This document shows positions 23,202 through 32,326 of a stretch of DNA of 35,008 bases, one piece after another. The stretch comes from Candidatus Limnocylindria bacterium (lineage in GTDB: Bacteria > Chloroflexota > Limnocylindria > QHBO01). Positions within the stretch are counted from its first letter, which is position 1; every line of letters starts with the position of its first letter. Below the pieces are notes generated by a model, which saw nothing but the letters and a program-made list of their open reading frames with translations, made no database searches and was not told where the DNA came from. A program made the position numbers and the translations under genes. The stretch spans positions 1 to 35,008 of the forward strand of contig DATBRW010000015.1 in NCBI GenBank assembly GCA_036560125.1, read 5' to 3'.

Positions 23202-23881
23202 CCCTGGCTGGTCTGCAAGGTCAGCCGCTCATGGTCGGTGGGCTGCGTCCATGCAACGCCGGCGGAGCAATCATCGGCTTGCTGCAGCACCAGCGGCAGC
23301 TGCACGCCCAGCGCCTCGGGGTTGAGCTCAGGGTTCGGCGGGTTGTCATCCGGGCAGGCCACATTGGGGTGGACCTCGGTCACCACGTAGCGCAGCACCG
23401 CGCCGTCCGACATCAGGATCTTGACGCGCGCCCCGAGCTGCACGTTCCAGAGCGGCTTGAAGAGATCCAGCAGGGCGTGGCCGAACATGTACGAATTGGT
23501 GCCGCGGCCCGGCTGCGAGCCGCGCCTCAGGATGAAGGCGGCATGGTCGGGCGGGAACGAATCGGTGGCCAGGCTGGTCGACTGTTCCACCGGTACGTTG
23601 ATGCCCACCGATTCGATCTGCAGCTGGACCGCCATCCAGTCCTTGGGAATCGGCGTGGGTTCCGGCGTCGGCTGCTCGGTGGCGGTCGGGCCGCCCGAGG
23701 CGGATGGTCCGGCCGATGGCGTGGGCGTGGCGATTGCGACCGGCGTGGCCGTCGGATCGGGAATCGGCGGCAGGCTTGAGACCGGCGGCGTGTCCAGGTC
23801 CAGCTGGCCCACGATAATGAGCACGACGCCGGCGACCGCCAGCACCAGGGGCAGCAGCATGCTTGACAGCGAGCGACGCAT
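23150..23881 (-). CDS. Membrane-anchored sortase-fold protein (class E/F-like) with Ser at the catalytic Cys position
   Basis: Start at internal ATG 23881 (MRRSLSSMLLPLVLAVAGVVLIIVG, a TM anchor), then a Pro/Thr-rich linker and a sortase-like core: LQIESVGINVPVEQ, PGRGTNSYMFGHALLDLFKPLWNVQLGARVKIL, YVVTEV, ERLTLQTSQGYNRNWGELVVVA. The TLxTC motif reads TLQTS (AGC at 23207-23209). Confidence 0.65.
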   Translation of the reverse strand: MRRSLSSMLLPLVLAVAGVVLIIVGQLDLDTPPVSSLPPIPDPTATPVAIATPTPSAGPSASGGPTATEQPTPEPTPIPKDWMAVQLQIESVGINVPVEQSTSLATDSFPPDHAAFILRRGSQPGRGTNSYMFGHALLDLFKPLWNVQLGARVKILMSDGAVLRYVVTEVHPNVACPDDNPPNPELNPEALGVQLPLVLQQADDCSAGVAWTQPTDHERLTLQTSQGYNRNWGELVVVADPVE

Positions 23882-23920
23882 ATCGCGGCGGAGTCTAACA
23901 ACCAGGGCCCGCGCGCTCGC

Positions 23921-24730
23921 ATGACCGATCCGTCCCGGCCAGGCCCGGACCCGATCGCCACGGCGCTGTCGCTGGCGCGCAACGCCCTGGGCGTGGCGCC
24001 GGCCGGCCTGCTCACCGACCTTGACGGCACCTTGGCGCCGATCGTCGACGACCCCGACGCGTCGCGGCCGCTGTCCGAGGCGGTGGCCGCCCTGATGACC
24101 CTCACAACGCGGCTGGCAGTGGTGGCCGTCATCTCCGGTCGGGCGCCGGACGACGCCCGGCAGCGGCTGGGGACCGATCGCCTGCTGGTGATCGGCAATC
24201 ACGGGCAGGAGCGCCTGGAGCCAGGCGACGAGCGCGCCGCGCTGTCACCCGCGCTGGCGGAGGCCGCAGCGGCGATCCGTGCGGTGCTGGCTCGCGTCCC
24301 GCGCGAGGAGGGCGTGTGGGTCGATGACAAGGGGCCATCGGCCACCATCCACTACCGCAGCGCGGCGGACCCGGCGCGCGCGGCGGAGCGCATCGCGGCG
24401 GCGCTCGGTGATGTCTCGGCCGATGGGCTCGCGCTCCGGCCGGGGCGCATGTCCTGGGAGCTGCGCGCGGCCGGCGCCGCGGACAAGGGCACGGCGGTGT
24501 CGCAGCTCATTGCGCGCCACGCGTTGCGCGGCCTGGTGGTGCTGGGCGACGACGTCACCGACCTGGACATGTTCCGCGCGGCGAGCGAGGCGCGCGCCCG
24601 CGGCGAGCTGACCGCCGCCATCCTGGCCGTGGCGGGGGGCGACGAGGTCCCGTCGGCGGTGGCCGCCGCTGCGGACGCGGTGCTGCCCGACCCTCAGGCG
24701 GTGGCCGCGCTGCTGGCCGCCCTGCCGTAG
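23921..24730 (+). CDS. otsB: Trehalose-6-phosphate phosphatase (HAD-IIB)
   Basis: LLTDLDGTLAPIV (DxDGT nucleophile motif), VISGR, DKGTAV and VLGDDVTDLDMF are OtsB/HAD-IIB motifs. Confidence 0.85.
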   Translation: MTDPSRPGPDPIATALSLARNALGVAPAGLLTDLDGTLAPIVDDPDASRPLSEAVAALMTLTTRLAVVAVISGRAPDDARQRLGTDRLLVIGNHGQERLEPGDERAALSPALAEAAAAIRAVLARVPREEGVWVDDKGPSATIHYRSAADPARAAERIAAALGDVSADGLALRPGRMSWELRAAGAADKGTAVSQLIARHALRGLVVLGDDVTDLDMFRAASEARARGELTAAILAVAGGDEVPSAVAAAADAVLPDPQAVAALLAALP

Positions 24731-24736
24731 CGCGAC

Positions 24737-26260
24737 CTAGCGCTGGCCGCTGCGGCGCGCGCCGATGCGCGCCATGTCCTCCAGCTGCGAGCGCAGCCAC
24801 CAGCCGATGTCCTGGCGTTCCACGCCCGCTCGCAGGCCCGCGTGGCGGCGCGCCCGCTCGCGAGCCGGCATGGCGAGGGCCTCCGCCAGCGCGTCGGCGG
24901 TGCCCGCCACATCCGCCGGCGCCACGGGCAGCACGTAGTCGGCCATCTGGTCGTAGGCGCCGGCCGTCTCGGACAGCACCAGCACCGCGTCGCGTTGGCT
25001 GACCAGCGCCGCCTCCTTGGCGACCAGGTTCATGCCGTCGATCAGCGGGTTGACCAGCACCACATCGGCGATCGTCAGCCCGGCGATGGCCTGTGGGTAG
25101 TCGTTCTCGTAGAAGAGCTGCACATGGCGGTAGCCGGCGCGGCCGTAGCGGGCGTTGATGCGCTCGACCGCGCCCTGCACCTGCCGGCCGTAGTCGCCGT
25201 ACTCGCGCAGCCCCGTGCGTGACGGGACCAGGAAGGCGAGCATCGTGACCCGTCCCCGCAGCCGCGGGTTTCGTTGCAGCAGCAGCTCGAACGCGGCGAA
25301 GCCGCGCAGGATGTTCTTGGACGGCTCCAGTCGGTCGACGCGCACGATCAGCTGGTCGGCGGCGCCGGCCCGCAGCTGCTCCCCGCGGCGCCGAGCTCGC
25401 GCCGAGGCGGCGACCCGCTGCGTCGCCTCCACGTCCAGGCTGATGGGGTAGTGGCGGACATGGGCCACGTGCCCGTCGTCGCGCAGCACCCGCCGGGTGC
25501 GGTGATCGACCCGCGCGCCGGGCAGGAACGACTCAGCGGCGCGCAGGAAGTTGTGGGCGTAGCGCTCCGTCTGGAAGCCGACCACGTCGGCCGCCGACAG
25601 CCCCTCCACGATGGCGGTGCGGATGCGCGGCGTGATGACCTGCCACAGCGACGACGGTGGCCACGGGATGTGGGTGAAGTGGCTGACCAGCGCGCCCGGC
25701 CGGCGCTGCCGGATGAACGACGCGGCCAGGTACAGGTGGTAGTCGTGCAGCATGATGCGCGGCTCCTCGTCGTCGCCGGCCTCGGCCAGCGCGGCGCGCG
25801 CGAAGGCCTCGTTGACCGGAACGTAGCCCTTGTCCCAGGCGCGCAGGGTGGCCGTGTCGATCATCGGCCGCGTGGGCAGCTCCCACATCTGGTGCTGCAG
25901 GAACCAGAGCAGGGGGTTGGCGATCACGCCGTACGCCGCCTCGTACATCGGTCGCTCGACCGGCGTGAAGCGCAGCCGCACCTCACCCGGCAGCGCCTGG
26001 TCGATCAGGGATGGCCTGTTGATGCCCAGCCGATCGCCGTCGCTGAACGGCGCGGCGAGCCACGTCAGCGGCACGTGCTGGCCGACCTGTGACAGGGCCG
26101 TCACCAGGCCACCGCTGCCACGTCGCGGCCGCAGGCCGCCATCGGCCCCCAGGCTGAAGGTGACCGGTCCACGGTTGGTTGCGATCAGCAGCCGGCGGTC
26201 GCCGAGCAGGCGCCGCGCCGCCCCGGCCAGGAGGCGCTCCCCACGCTGCCGCGGGCTCAT
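24737..26260 (-). CDS. otsA: alpha,alpha-trehalose-phosphate synthase (GT20)
   Basis: GT20 motifs: LLIATNRGPV, LHDYHLYL, RVDRLEPSKNI, VNPLIDGMNLVAKE. Confidence 0.9.
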   Translation of the reverse strand: MSPRQRGERLLAGAARRLLGDRRLLIATNRGPVTFSLGADGGLRPRRGSGGLVTALSQVGQHVPLTWLAAPFSDGDRLGINRPSLIDQALPGEVRLRFTPVERPMYEAAYGVIANPLLWFLQHQMWELPTRPMIDTATLRAWDKGYVPVNEAFARAALAEAGDDEEPRIMLHDYHLYLAASFIRQRRPGALVSHFTHIPWPPSSLWQVITPRIRTAIVEGLSAADVVGFQTERYAHNFLRAAESFLPGARVDHRTRRVLRDDGHVAHVRHYPISLDVEATQRVAASARARRRGEQLRAGAADQLIVRVDRLEPSKNILRGFAAFELLLQRNPRLRGRVTMLAFLVPSRTGLREYGDYGRQVQGAVERINARYGRAGYRHVQLFYENDYPQAIAGLTIADVVLVNPLIDGMNLVAKEAALVSQRDAVLVLSETAGAYDQMADYVLPVAPADVAGTADALAEALAMPARERARRHAGLRAGVERQDIGWWLRSQLEDMARIGARRSGQR

Positions 26261-26264
26261 GGGC

Positions 26265-27734
26265 TCAGAAGAGGGCGCCGGCGGAAGTTCGCAGCCAGCC
26301 CAGGATCGGCTCCGGGAAGAGGCCCAGCAGCAGCACCCCCGCCACCGACAGGGCGAGCGCCGTGTTGACGAGTGGGTGGCGGTCGACGGGGGCCGGGTCG
26401 GCCTCCGGGTCGCGCATGTACATGTAGACGATGACGCGCAGGTAGTAGAAGGCGGCCATCGCCGCGTTCAGGGCGATCGCGACTGCCAGCCAGCTCAGGT
26501 CGGCGTTGACCGTGGCCAGCAGCACGTAGAGCTTGGCGAAGAAGCCGACGGTGGGCGGGATGCCGGTCAGCGACAGGAGCAGCACCGCCATGGCGGCGGC
26601 CACCGCCGGGGCTCGTCCCGCCAGGCCAGCAAAGCTGTTTAGCCCGCCGTAGCGCGCCGGGTCGTGCTGCAGCATGCCCACCACCGCGAAGGCCGCCAGG
26701 TTCATGATCCCGTAGCCCAGGACGTAGAACAGGATCGCCTCGATGCCCTGCTGCTGGACCGCGGGCGTGGTGGCGGCGCCGAAGGCGGCAAGGGCGGCCA
26801 GGATGTAGCCGGTGTGCGCGATGCTCGAATAGGCGAGCATCCGCTTCACGTTGGTCTGGGTCAGCGCCACCACGTTGCCCACCGTCATGGTCAGCACCGC
26901 CAGCACGCCAATGACCACCACCCAGTCGGCCCGCTGCGGTGCCAGCCCATCCGCGAAGAGGCGCACCAGCAGGGCGAAGGCCCCCAGCTTGGGGCCGACC
27001 GACAGGAAGCCGGTAATCGGGGTCGGGGCGCCCTGGTAGGCATCAGGCGTCCAGAAGTGGAACGGCACGGCCGCCGCCTTGAAGGTGGCGCCCACGGTCA
27101 GCAGGCCAATCGCCACCAGCGCCGCCGGCAACAGCGCGCCGGCCTCTCCCAGAGCGGGCCCGATCTCGCTGATGCGCGTCGTGCCGGTCAGGCCGTAGGT
27201 CCAGCTGATGCCGAACAGCAGGATGGCGGAGGCGAAGCTGCCGAGCAGGAAGTACTTCAGGCCGCCCTCATTGCTGAACCGATTGGTCTTGTGGAAGCCG
27301 GTCAGCAGGTAGGCGGGCATCACCATCAGCTCGAGGCCCAGGAAGAGGGTGATGAGGTCGGAGCTGCTGGCGAGCACGAACATGCCCAGCAGGCTGAAGC
27401 CCAGGATCGCATTGAACTCGCCCAGCGGCATGCGCCGCGAGACCAGGTACGAAGGTGCAAACAGGGCGGTCATGAAGCCGATGACCACCGTTGCCAGCTT
27501 GAAGAAGACGGACAGGTCGTCGACCACGTAGAAACCGGCGAAGACGGTCTCGTTGATGTCCCACACCATCACGCAGCCGATGCCGGTCAGCACCAGGCCG
27601 AACAGCATCAGCGGGGTCAGGATCGCCTTGGATCCGCGCGGCAGGAACAGGTCGGTGATGATCACGACCAGCACCGTCGTGAGCAGCAGCAGCTCCGGCA
27701 GCAGGGTGAACAGGTCGTTCAGCGGATCATCCAT
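26265..27734 (-). CDS. nuoN: NADH-quinone oxidoreductase subunit N
   Basis: 489-aa antiporter-like subunit (FHFWTPDAYQGAPTPITGF, KRMLAYSSIAHTGY), last in the J-K-L-M-N order. Confidence 0.9.
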   Translation of the reverse strand: MDDPLNDLFTLLPELLLLTTVLVVIITDLFLPRGSKAILTPLMLFGLVLTGIGCVMVWDINETVFAGFYVVDDLSVFFKLATVVIGFMTALFAPSYLVSRRMPLGEFNAILGFSLLGMFVLASSSDLITLFLGLELMVMPAYLLTGFHKTNRFSNEGGLKYFLLGSFASAILLFGISWTYGLTGTTRISEIGPALGEAGALLPAALVAIGLLTVGATFKAAAVPFHFWTPDAYQGAPTPITGFLSVGPKLGAFALLVRLFADGLAPQRADWVVVIGVLAVLTMTVGNVVALTQTNVKRMLAYSSIAHTGYILAALAAFGAATTPAVQQQGIEAILFYVLGYGIMNLAAFAVVGMLQHDPARYGGLNSFAGLAGRAPAVAAAMAVLLLSLTGIPPTVGFFAKLYVLLATVNADLSWLAVAIALNAAMAAFYYLRVIVYMYMRDPEADPAPVDRHPLVNTALALSVAGVLLLGLFPEPILGWLRTSAGALF

Positions 27735-27749
27735 GGCCTGCGCTCCGCC

Positions 27750-29285
27750 TCACCACGGCAGGGAGAGGCTGGTCAGCCCGGTCGAGGGCGAGACCAGCTC
27801 GATGATCTTGTCGACCGGCGCCTGGGTCATGTCCAGCAGCGGGCCGGGGAACACGCCCAACCCCACCACCAGGATGATCAGCGGTGCCAGCGCCACCCAT
27901 TCCAGGCGATTCATGTCCGTGAGCGACGGCCACCAGCGGCGCATCCAGCCGGACGGGACGGTGAAGAACACGCGCTGGAACATCCAGAGCATGTACACCG
28001 CGCTGATGATGACCACGATCATGGCCGCGGCCGCCACCCAGGCGTTGTACTGGAAGGCGCCAAGCATGACCAGGAACTCGCCGACGAAGCCGGAGAGGCC
28101 TGGCAGGCCGATGCTGGCGAAGGTGAACAGCCCGAAGATGGCCGCGTAGCGCGGCAGCCGCGAGTTCAGGCCGCCCATGTGCGCGATCAGCCGATCGTGG
28201 GTGCGCTCGTAGATCACGCCCACCAGCAGGAAGAGGGCGCCGGTGGTGATGCCATGGCTGATCATCTGGAAGATGGCGCCCTGCAGGCCCTGGACGTTGA
28301 ACACGAAGGCGCCCAGCATCACGAAGCCCATGTGCGACACGCTCGAGTAGGCGATCAGCTTCTTCAGGTCCGGCTGCACCATGCTGACCACGGCCCCGTA
28401 CAGGATGGCGATCACGGCCAGCGCGATGACGATCGGGGCGAACTCGACCGCCGCATCGGGCAGCAGCGGCAGGCTGTAGCGCAGGAAGCCGTAGCCGCCC
28501 AGCTTGAGCAGCACGCCGGCCAGGATGATGGAGCCGGCGGTCGGCGCCTCCACATGGGCATCGGGCAGCCAGGTATGCAGCGGCCACATCGGCACCTTGA
28601 TGGCGAAGGCCAGGAAGAAGGCGATGAACGCCAGCGCCTGCAGCCCATCGGCGAATGGATAACCGCGCAGCTGCTCGTAGGCGAAGGTGAACTCGTTGCC
28701 GCCGGAGGCGTGGGCGATGGCCACCGCCAGGATGGCGACCAGCATCAGCAGCGAGCCGACCAGCGTGTAGATCACAAACTTGACGGTCGCGTAGATGCGT
28801 CGCGGGCCGCCCCAGATCCCGATCACCAGGTACATCGGGATCAGGCTGATCTCCCAGAAGACGTAGAACAGGAACAGGTCAAGGCTGACGAACACGCCCA
28901 GCATGCCCACCATCAGCAGCAGCATGGTGGCGTAGTACTCCTTGACTCGCGTCTGGATCGGCGCCCAGGAGTAGAGGATGGCCACCACGCTCAGGACCGT
29001 GGTCAGGATCACCAGTGCCACGGAGAGTCCATCGACTCCCAGCCGGTACCCCATGCCGAAGGCCGGTATCCACTCGACCTCCTCGCGGAACTGGAACTCC
29101 GGCCCGCCGGCCTGGTAGCCGAGCAGCAGCAGGCTGAAGCCCGTGGTGGCCAGCGCGGCCAGGAGCGCGATCCAGCGGATGGCCCGATGGCGATCGCCGG
29201 GCACCAGCAGCAGGATCAGCACCCCGATCACCGGGGTGAAGACCACCAGGCTCAGCACCGGGATGTCGCGGGCGAAATCGATCAT
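27750..29285 (-). CDS. nuoM: NADH-quinone oxidoreductase subunit M
   Basis: Start at ATG 29285 (MIDFARDIPVLSLV), overlapping the nuoL stop (ATGA). Motifs: HTWLPDAHVEAPTAGSIILAGVLLKLGGYG, KKLIAYSSVSHMGF. The ORF-track extension to 29456 is Arg-rich and lies inside nuoL. Confidence 0.9.
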   Translation of the reverse strand: MIDFARDIPVLSLVVFTPVIGVLILLLVPGDRHRAIRWIALLAALATTGFSLLLLGYQAGGPEFQFREEVEWIPAFGMGYRLGVDGLSVALVILTTVLSVVAILYSWAPIQTRVKEYYATMLLLMVGMLGVFVSLDLFLFYVFWEISLIPMYLVIGIWGGPRRIYATVKFVIYTLVGSLLMLVAILAVAIAHASGGNEFTFAYEQLRGYPFADGLQALAFIAFFLAFAIKVPMWPLHTWLPDAHVEAPTAGSIILAGVLLKLGGYGFLRYSLPLLPDAAVEFAPIVIALAVIAILYGAVVSMVQPDLKKLIAYSSVSHMGFVMLGAFVFNVQGLQGAIFQMISHGITTGALFLLVGVIYERTHDRLIAHMGGLNSRLPRYAAIFGLFTFASIGLPGLSGFVGEFLVMLGAFQYNAWVAAAAMIVVIISAVYMLWMFQRVFFTVPSGWMRRWWPSLTDMNRLEWVALAPLIILVVGLGVFPGPLLDMTQAPVDKIIELVSPSTGLTSLSLPW

Positions 29286-31501
29286 GGCCGCATCACCAGG
29301 TAGGCGATCAGCACCAGCACCAGCCCGCTGGCGATGCCCAACCCGTAGTTCTGGGTGCGTCCGGTCTGGAGCTTGCGCAGGATGGAGCCGATGCGCTGCG
29401 CCAGCCAGCCGGCGCCGTTGACGATGCCGTCGATGACGTTGGCGTCGAACCACCACAGCGCCCTGCCCAGCCGCACGCCGCCACGGGCGAACACGGCCAG
29501 GTACAGCTCGTCGATGTAGAACTTGTTCACGCTGGCGGCGTACAGGCCGGGTCCCCAGCCAAACGGGATGCGCTCAACGAAGCGCGCCGGCGCCGTCGGC
29601 TGACGGACGTAGAAGCGGTACGCAAGGTAGATGCCCAGCGCGGCCACGATCGAGGTGACGGTCAGCAGCAGGCCGTCGTGGCCGATGAGCTGGAAGGTTT
29701 CGTGCCCCGTGGCGGCGAAGGAGCCCGGCTGGATGCCCGCACCCGTCTCCTCCGCCCCCGCGAAGACCGGCTCCAGCCAGGTGTGGATCGCGCCGCCCTC
29801 CGGCGGCAGGCCCAACAGCACCCCTGCCAATACGGTCGGCACCGCCAGGATGACCAGCGGCGCGACCATGGTCGCCGTCGACTCGTGGACGTGACGCCAG
29901 GCCTCAGCCGGGCCGCGCCACTTGCCGTGGAAGGTCATGTAGATCATGCGGAAGGTGTAGAAGGCGGTCATGAAGGCCACGATCACGCCAACGACATAGA
30001 AGGCGTAGTAGCCGTGGTTGAAGGCCGTGCCAAGGATCTCGTCCTTGCTGAAGAAGCCGGCGAAGATCGGGATGCCGGCCAATGCCAGCGAGCCGACCAC
30101 CATGGTCCAGTAGGTCCATGGCATCGACACCCGCAGCTCGCCCATGTAGCGCATGTCCTGCTCGCCGTCTGCGCCGTGGATCACCGAGCCGGAGCCCATG
30201 AACAGCAGGCCCTTGAAGAATCCATGTGCCACCAGGTGGAAGATGGCTGAGGCCCATGCGCCGATGCCCAGCGCGAAGAACATGTAGGCCAGCTGGCTCA
30301 CCGTCGAGTAGGCGAGCACCTTCTTGATGTCGTTCTGGGTGAGCGCTATCGCGGCGGCCAGGATGGCGGTGAAGACGCCGATGCTGGCCACCACCCACAT
30401 GGCGGTGGGGCTCTCCGCAAAGATCGGGTTGGCGCGGGCGACCATGTAGACCCCCGCGTTGACCATGGTGGCGGCGTGGATCAGGGCACTGACCGGGGTC
30501 GGGCCCTCCATGGCATCCGGCAGCCAGACGTGCAGGGGGAACTGGGCGCTCTTGCCCACTGCGCCGGCGAACAGCAGCAGGGCAATCAGCGTGATCTGCC
30601 ACTCAGGTAGCCCGCCGATGGCCGCGAACACCTCGTCGAACTGCAGCGTGCCCAACGCGCTCCAGATGGCCAGGATGCCCAGCCCGAAGCCGAAGTCACC
30701 GACCCGATTGACGATGAAGGCCTTCTTCGCGGCGCCGGCGGCGGAAGGCTTCTTGTACCAGTAGCCGATGAGCAGGTAGCTGCACAGGCCGACCGCCTCC
30801 CAGCCGACGTATAGCATCAGGAAGTTGTCGCCCAGGATCAGCAGCAGCATGCTGAACATGAACAGGTTCAGGTAGGCGAAGAAGCGCCACAGGCCTCGAT
30901 CGCCGTTCATGTAGCCGATCGAGTAGACGTGGACGAGCAGGCCCACGCTGCTGACCACCAACAGCAGCATCGCGGTCAGCTGGTCGACGAAGAACGCGAT
31001 CTCGACCTGGAAGTCGCCGGCGCCGATCCAGCGGTAGAGGACGACGTGGTACTCCTGCTCGCCGAAGATGACGTTGGCGAACACGATCATGCTGAGCACC
31101 CAGCCCACCGCCACGGCCAGGGTCGGCACGATCCAGGAGACGTAGCGCGGCTGCGGGCCGTCCGGGGTGACATGGCCCGCCTGGCCCAGCCCGTCGTTCA
31201 GGTCGGGCGGGATGACGCCATCGGCGCCGGCAGCGTTGGCCAGGTCGTCGGCGTGGCCGGCGTGCGGGCTGGTCGCTCGCTGCTCCTCCTCGGTGGGAAT
31301 CGGCTGCAGGTCCTCATCGGCTCCACTGGCGTGGGCGTCGTGGGCGTCGGCGTCGCCGTGCTCGTCCGCGCCCGCGTGCGCATCAGTCCCGTGGTCGTCA
31401 TGGCCATGGACCGGGACGCGGTCCAGCCGTGGACCCAGCAGCACGGCGAACAGGAAGCCCGCCAGCGGCAACGCCGGGATCAGGACGATCAGCAGCTCCA
31501 T
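29282..31501 (-). CDS. nuoL: NADH-quinone oxidoreductase subunit L, with a ~100-aa His/Asp-rich insertion after TM1
   Basis: HVWLPDAMEGPTPVSALIHAATMVNAGVY and KKVLAYSTVSQLAYMF are NuoL hallmarks. 739 aa. Residues ~27-130 (HGHDDHGTDAHAGADEHGDADAHDAHASGADED...) are an acidic His-rich insert. Confidence 0.9.
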   Translation of the reverse strand: MELLIVLIPALPLAGFLFAVLLGPRLDRVPVHGHDDHGTDAHAGADEHGDADAHDAHASGADEDLQPIPTEEEQRATSPHAGHADDLANAAGADGVIPPDLNDGLGQAGHVTPDGPQPRYVSWIVPTLAVAVGWVLSMIVFANVIFGEQEYHVVLYRWIGAGDFQVEIAFFVDQLTAMLLLVVSSVGLLVHVYSIGYMNGDRGLWRFFAYLNLFMFSMLLLILGDNFLMLYVGWEAVGLCSYLLIGYWYKKPSAAGAAKKAFIVNRVGDFGFGLGILAIWSALGTLQFDEVFAAIGGLPEWQITLIALLLFAGAVGKSAQFPLHVWLPDAMEGPTPVSALIHAATMVNAGVYMVARANPIFAESPTAMWVVASIGVFTAILAAAIALTQNDIKKVLAYSTVSQLAYMFFALGIGAWASAIFHLVAHGFFKGLLFMGSGSVIHGADGEQDMRYMGELRVSMPWTYWTMVVGSLALAGIPIFAGFFSKDEILGTAFNHGYYAFYVVGVIVAFMTAFYTFRMIYMTFHGKWRGPAEAWRHVHESTATMVAPLVILAVPTVLAGVLLGLPPEGGAIHTWLEPVFAGAEETGAGIQPGSFAATGHETFQLIGHDGLLLTVTSIVAALGIYLAYRFYVRQPTAPARFVERIPFGWGPGLYAASVNKFYIDELYLAVFARGGVRLGRALWWFDANVIDGIVNGAGWLAQRIGSILRKLQTGRTQNYGLGIASGLVLVLIAYLVMRP

Positions 31502-31511
31502 GGGGCGGCGA

Positions 31512-31817
31512 CTACTCCTTCAGGTCGGAGTACTCGTCGACCTCGGGGGTCTGACGGGTGCGGATGATGGCGATTACCAGCGCCAGGCCGACGGTCGCCT
31601 CTGCGGCAGCCACGGCCATGACCAGCAGGGAGAAGACCCCGCCGATGTTGTCTGGGTCCGGCAGGTAGGCGTTGAATGCGACGAGGCTGAGGTTGACCGC
31701 ATTCAGCATCAGCTCGATGCAGATCAGCATCAGGATCGCGTTGCGCCGGGCCAGGAAGCCGAACGAGCCGATCCCGAACAGCAGCGCCGATACGACGAGA
31801 TAGCCGGTCAGCCCCAT
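31512..31817 (-). CDS. nuoK: NADH-quinone oxidoreductase subunit K
   Basis: Start at internal ATG 31817 (MGLTGYLVVSALLFGIGSFGFLARRN). 101 aa, 3 TM, LICIELMLNAVNL. The start shares one base with the nuoJ stop. Confidence 0.9.
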   Translation of the reverse strand: MGLTGYLVVSALLFGIGSFGFLARRNAILMLICIELMLNAVNLSLVAFNAYLPDPDNIGGVFSLLVMAVAAAEATVGLALVIAIIRTRQTPEVDEYSDLKE

Positions 31818-32326
31818 CAGTTCGCCTCCTCGTCCTCTTCGGGCCGGCGGGCCAGGAAGATGGCGCCGATGATGGCCGCCAGCAGCAGCAGGCTCAGGAT
31901 CTCGAAGGGCAGCGCGTAATCCGTGAAGAGGACCTGGCTGAGCGCCTGCAGGCTGATGACGGTCACCTCGGCGGCGGCACCCCAGTCGGTGGTCACCGCG
32001 GTGAAGGTGATCAGCGCCACCACCATCACGGAAACGGCCAAGGCCAGCCACGCCTGGCGGTGGAACGGCGATGGCAGGTTGGCGTCGCCGGCCTGGGTGA
32101 GCATGATGGCGAACAGGATCAGCACGCTGATGGCGCCCAGGTAGATGAGCACCTGCGCGGCGGCGATGATGCCGGCGCCCAGCAGCAGGTACATGCCGGC
32201 CAGCGACCCGAAGCAGACCATCATGGCGATCGCCGAGTGGATGACGTTGCGGAGGGTGACGACGGCAAGGCCACCGCCGACGACGCCGACGGCGAGCAGG
32301 ACGAAGAGGACAGCCGTGATGTCCAG
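31817..32326 (-). CDS. nuoJ: NADH-quinone oxidoreductase subunit J (apparent CTG initiation)
   Basis: The ORF from ATG 32224 (MMVCFGSLAG...AQVLIYLGAISVLILFAIML) lacks NuoJ TM1. The same frame is open upstream and encodes (L/M)DITAVLFVLLAVGVVGGGLAVVTLRNVIHSAIA, a typical NuoJ N-terminus. There is no in-frame ATG/GTG/TTG. CTG 32326-32324 lies 9 nt downstream of AAGGAG (32341-32336). Confidence 0.7.
   Translation of the reverse strand: MDITAVLFVLLAVGVVGGGLAVVTLRNVIHSAIAMMVCFGSLAGMYLLLGAGIIAAAQVLIYLGAISVLILFAIMLTQAGDANLPSPFHRQAWLALAVSVMVVALITFTAVTTDWGAAAEVTVISLQALSQVLFTDYALPFEILSLLLLAAIIGAIFLARRPEEDEEAN

Noticed and set aside
19655-23779. Long alternative-frame ORFs 19655..20722(-), 20760..22529(-) and 21725..23779(+)
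   Set aside because: All are Arg/Pro/Gly/Ala-rich and overlap the coherent NBD-like, permease, MFS and sortase-like frames. No domain signatures. Judged to be GC-driven open frames.
26664-29303. 879-aa plus-strand ORF antisense to nuoN/nuoM
   Set aside because: The composition is dominated by Gly, Asp, Gln, His, Arg and Glu repeats, which are the antisense of hydrophobic TM codons. nuoN and nuoM on the minus strand are unambiguous.
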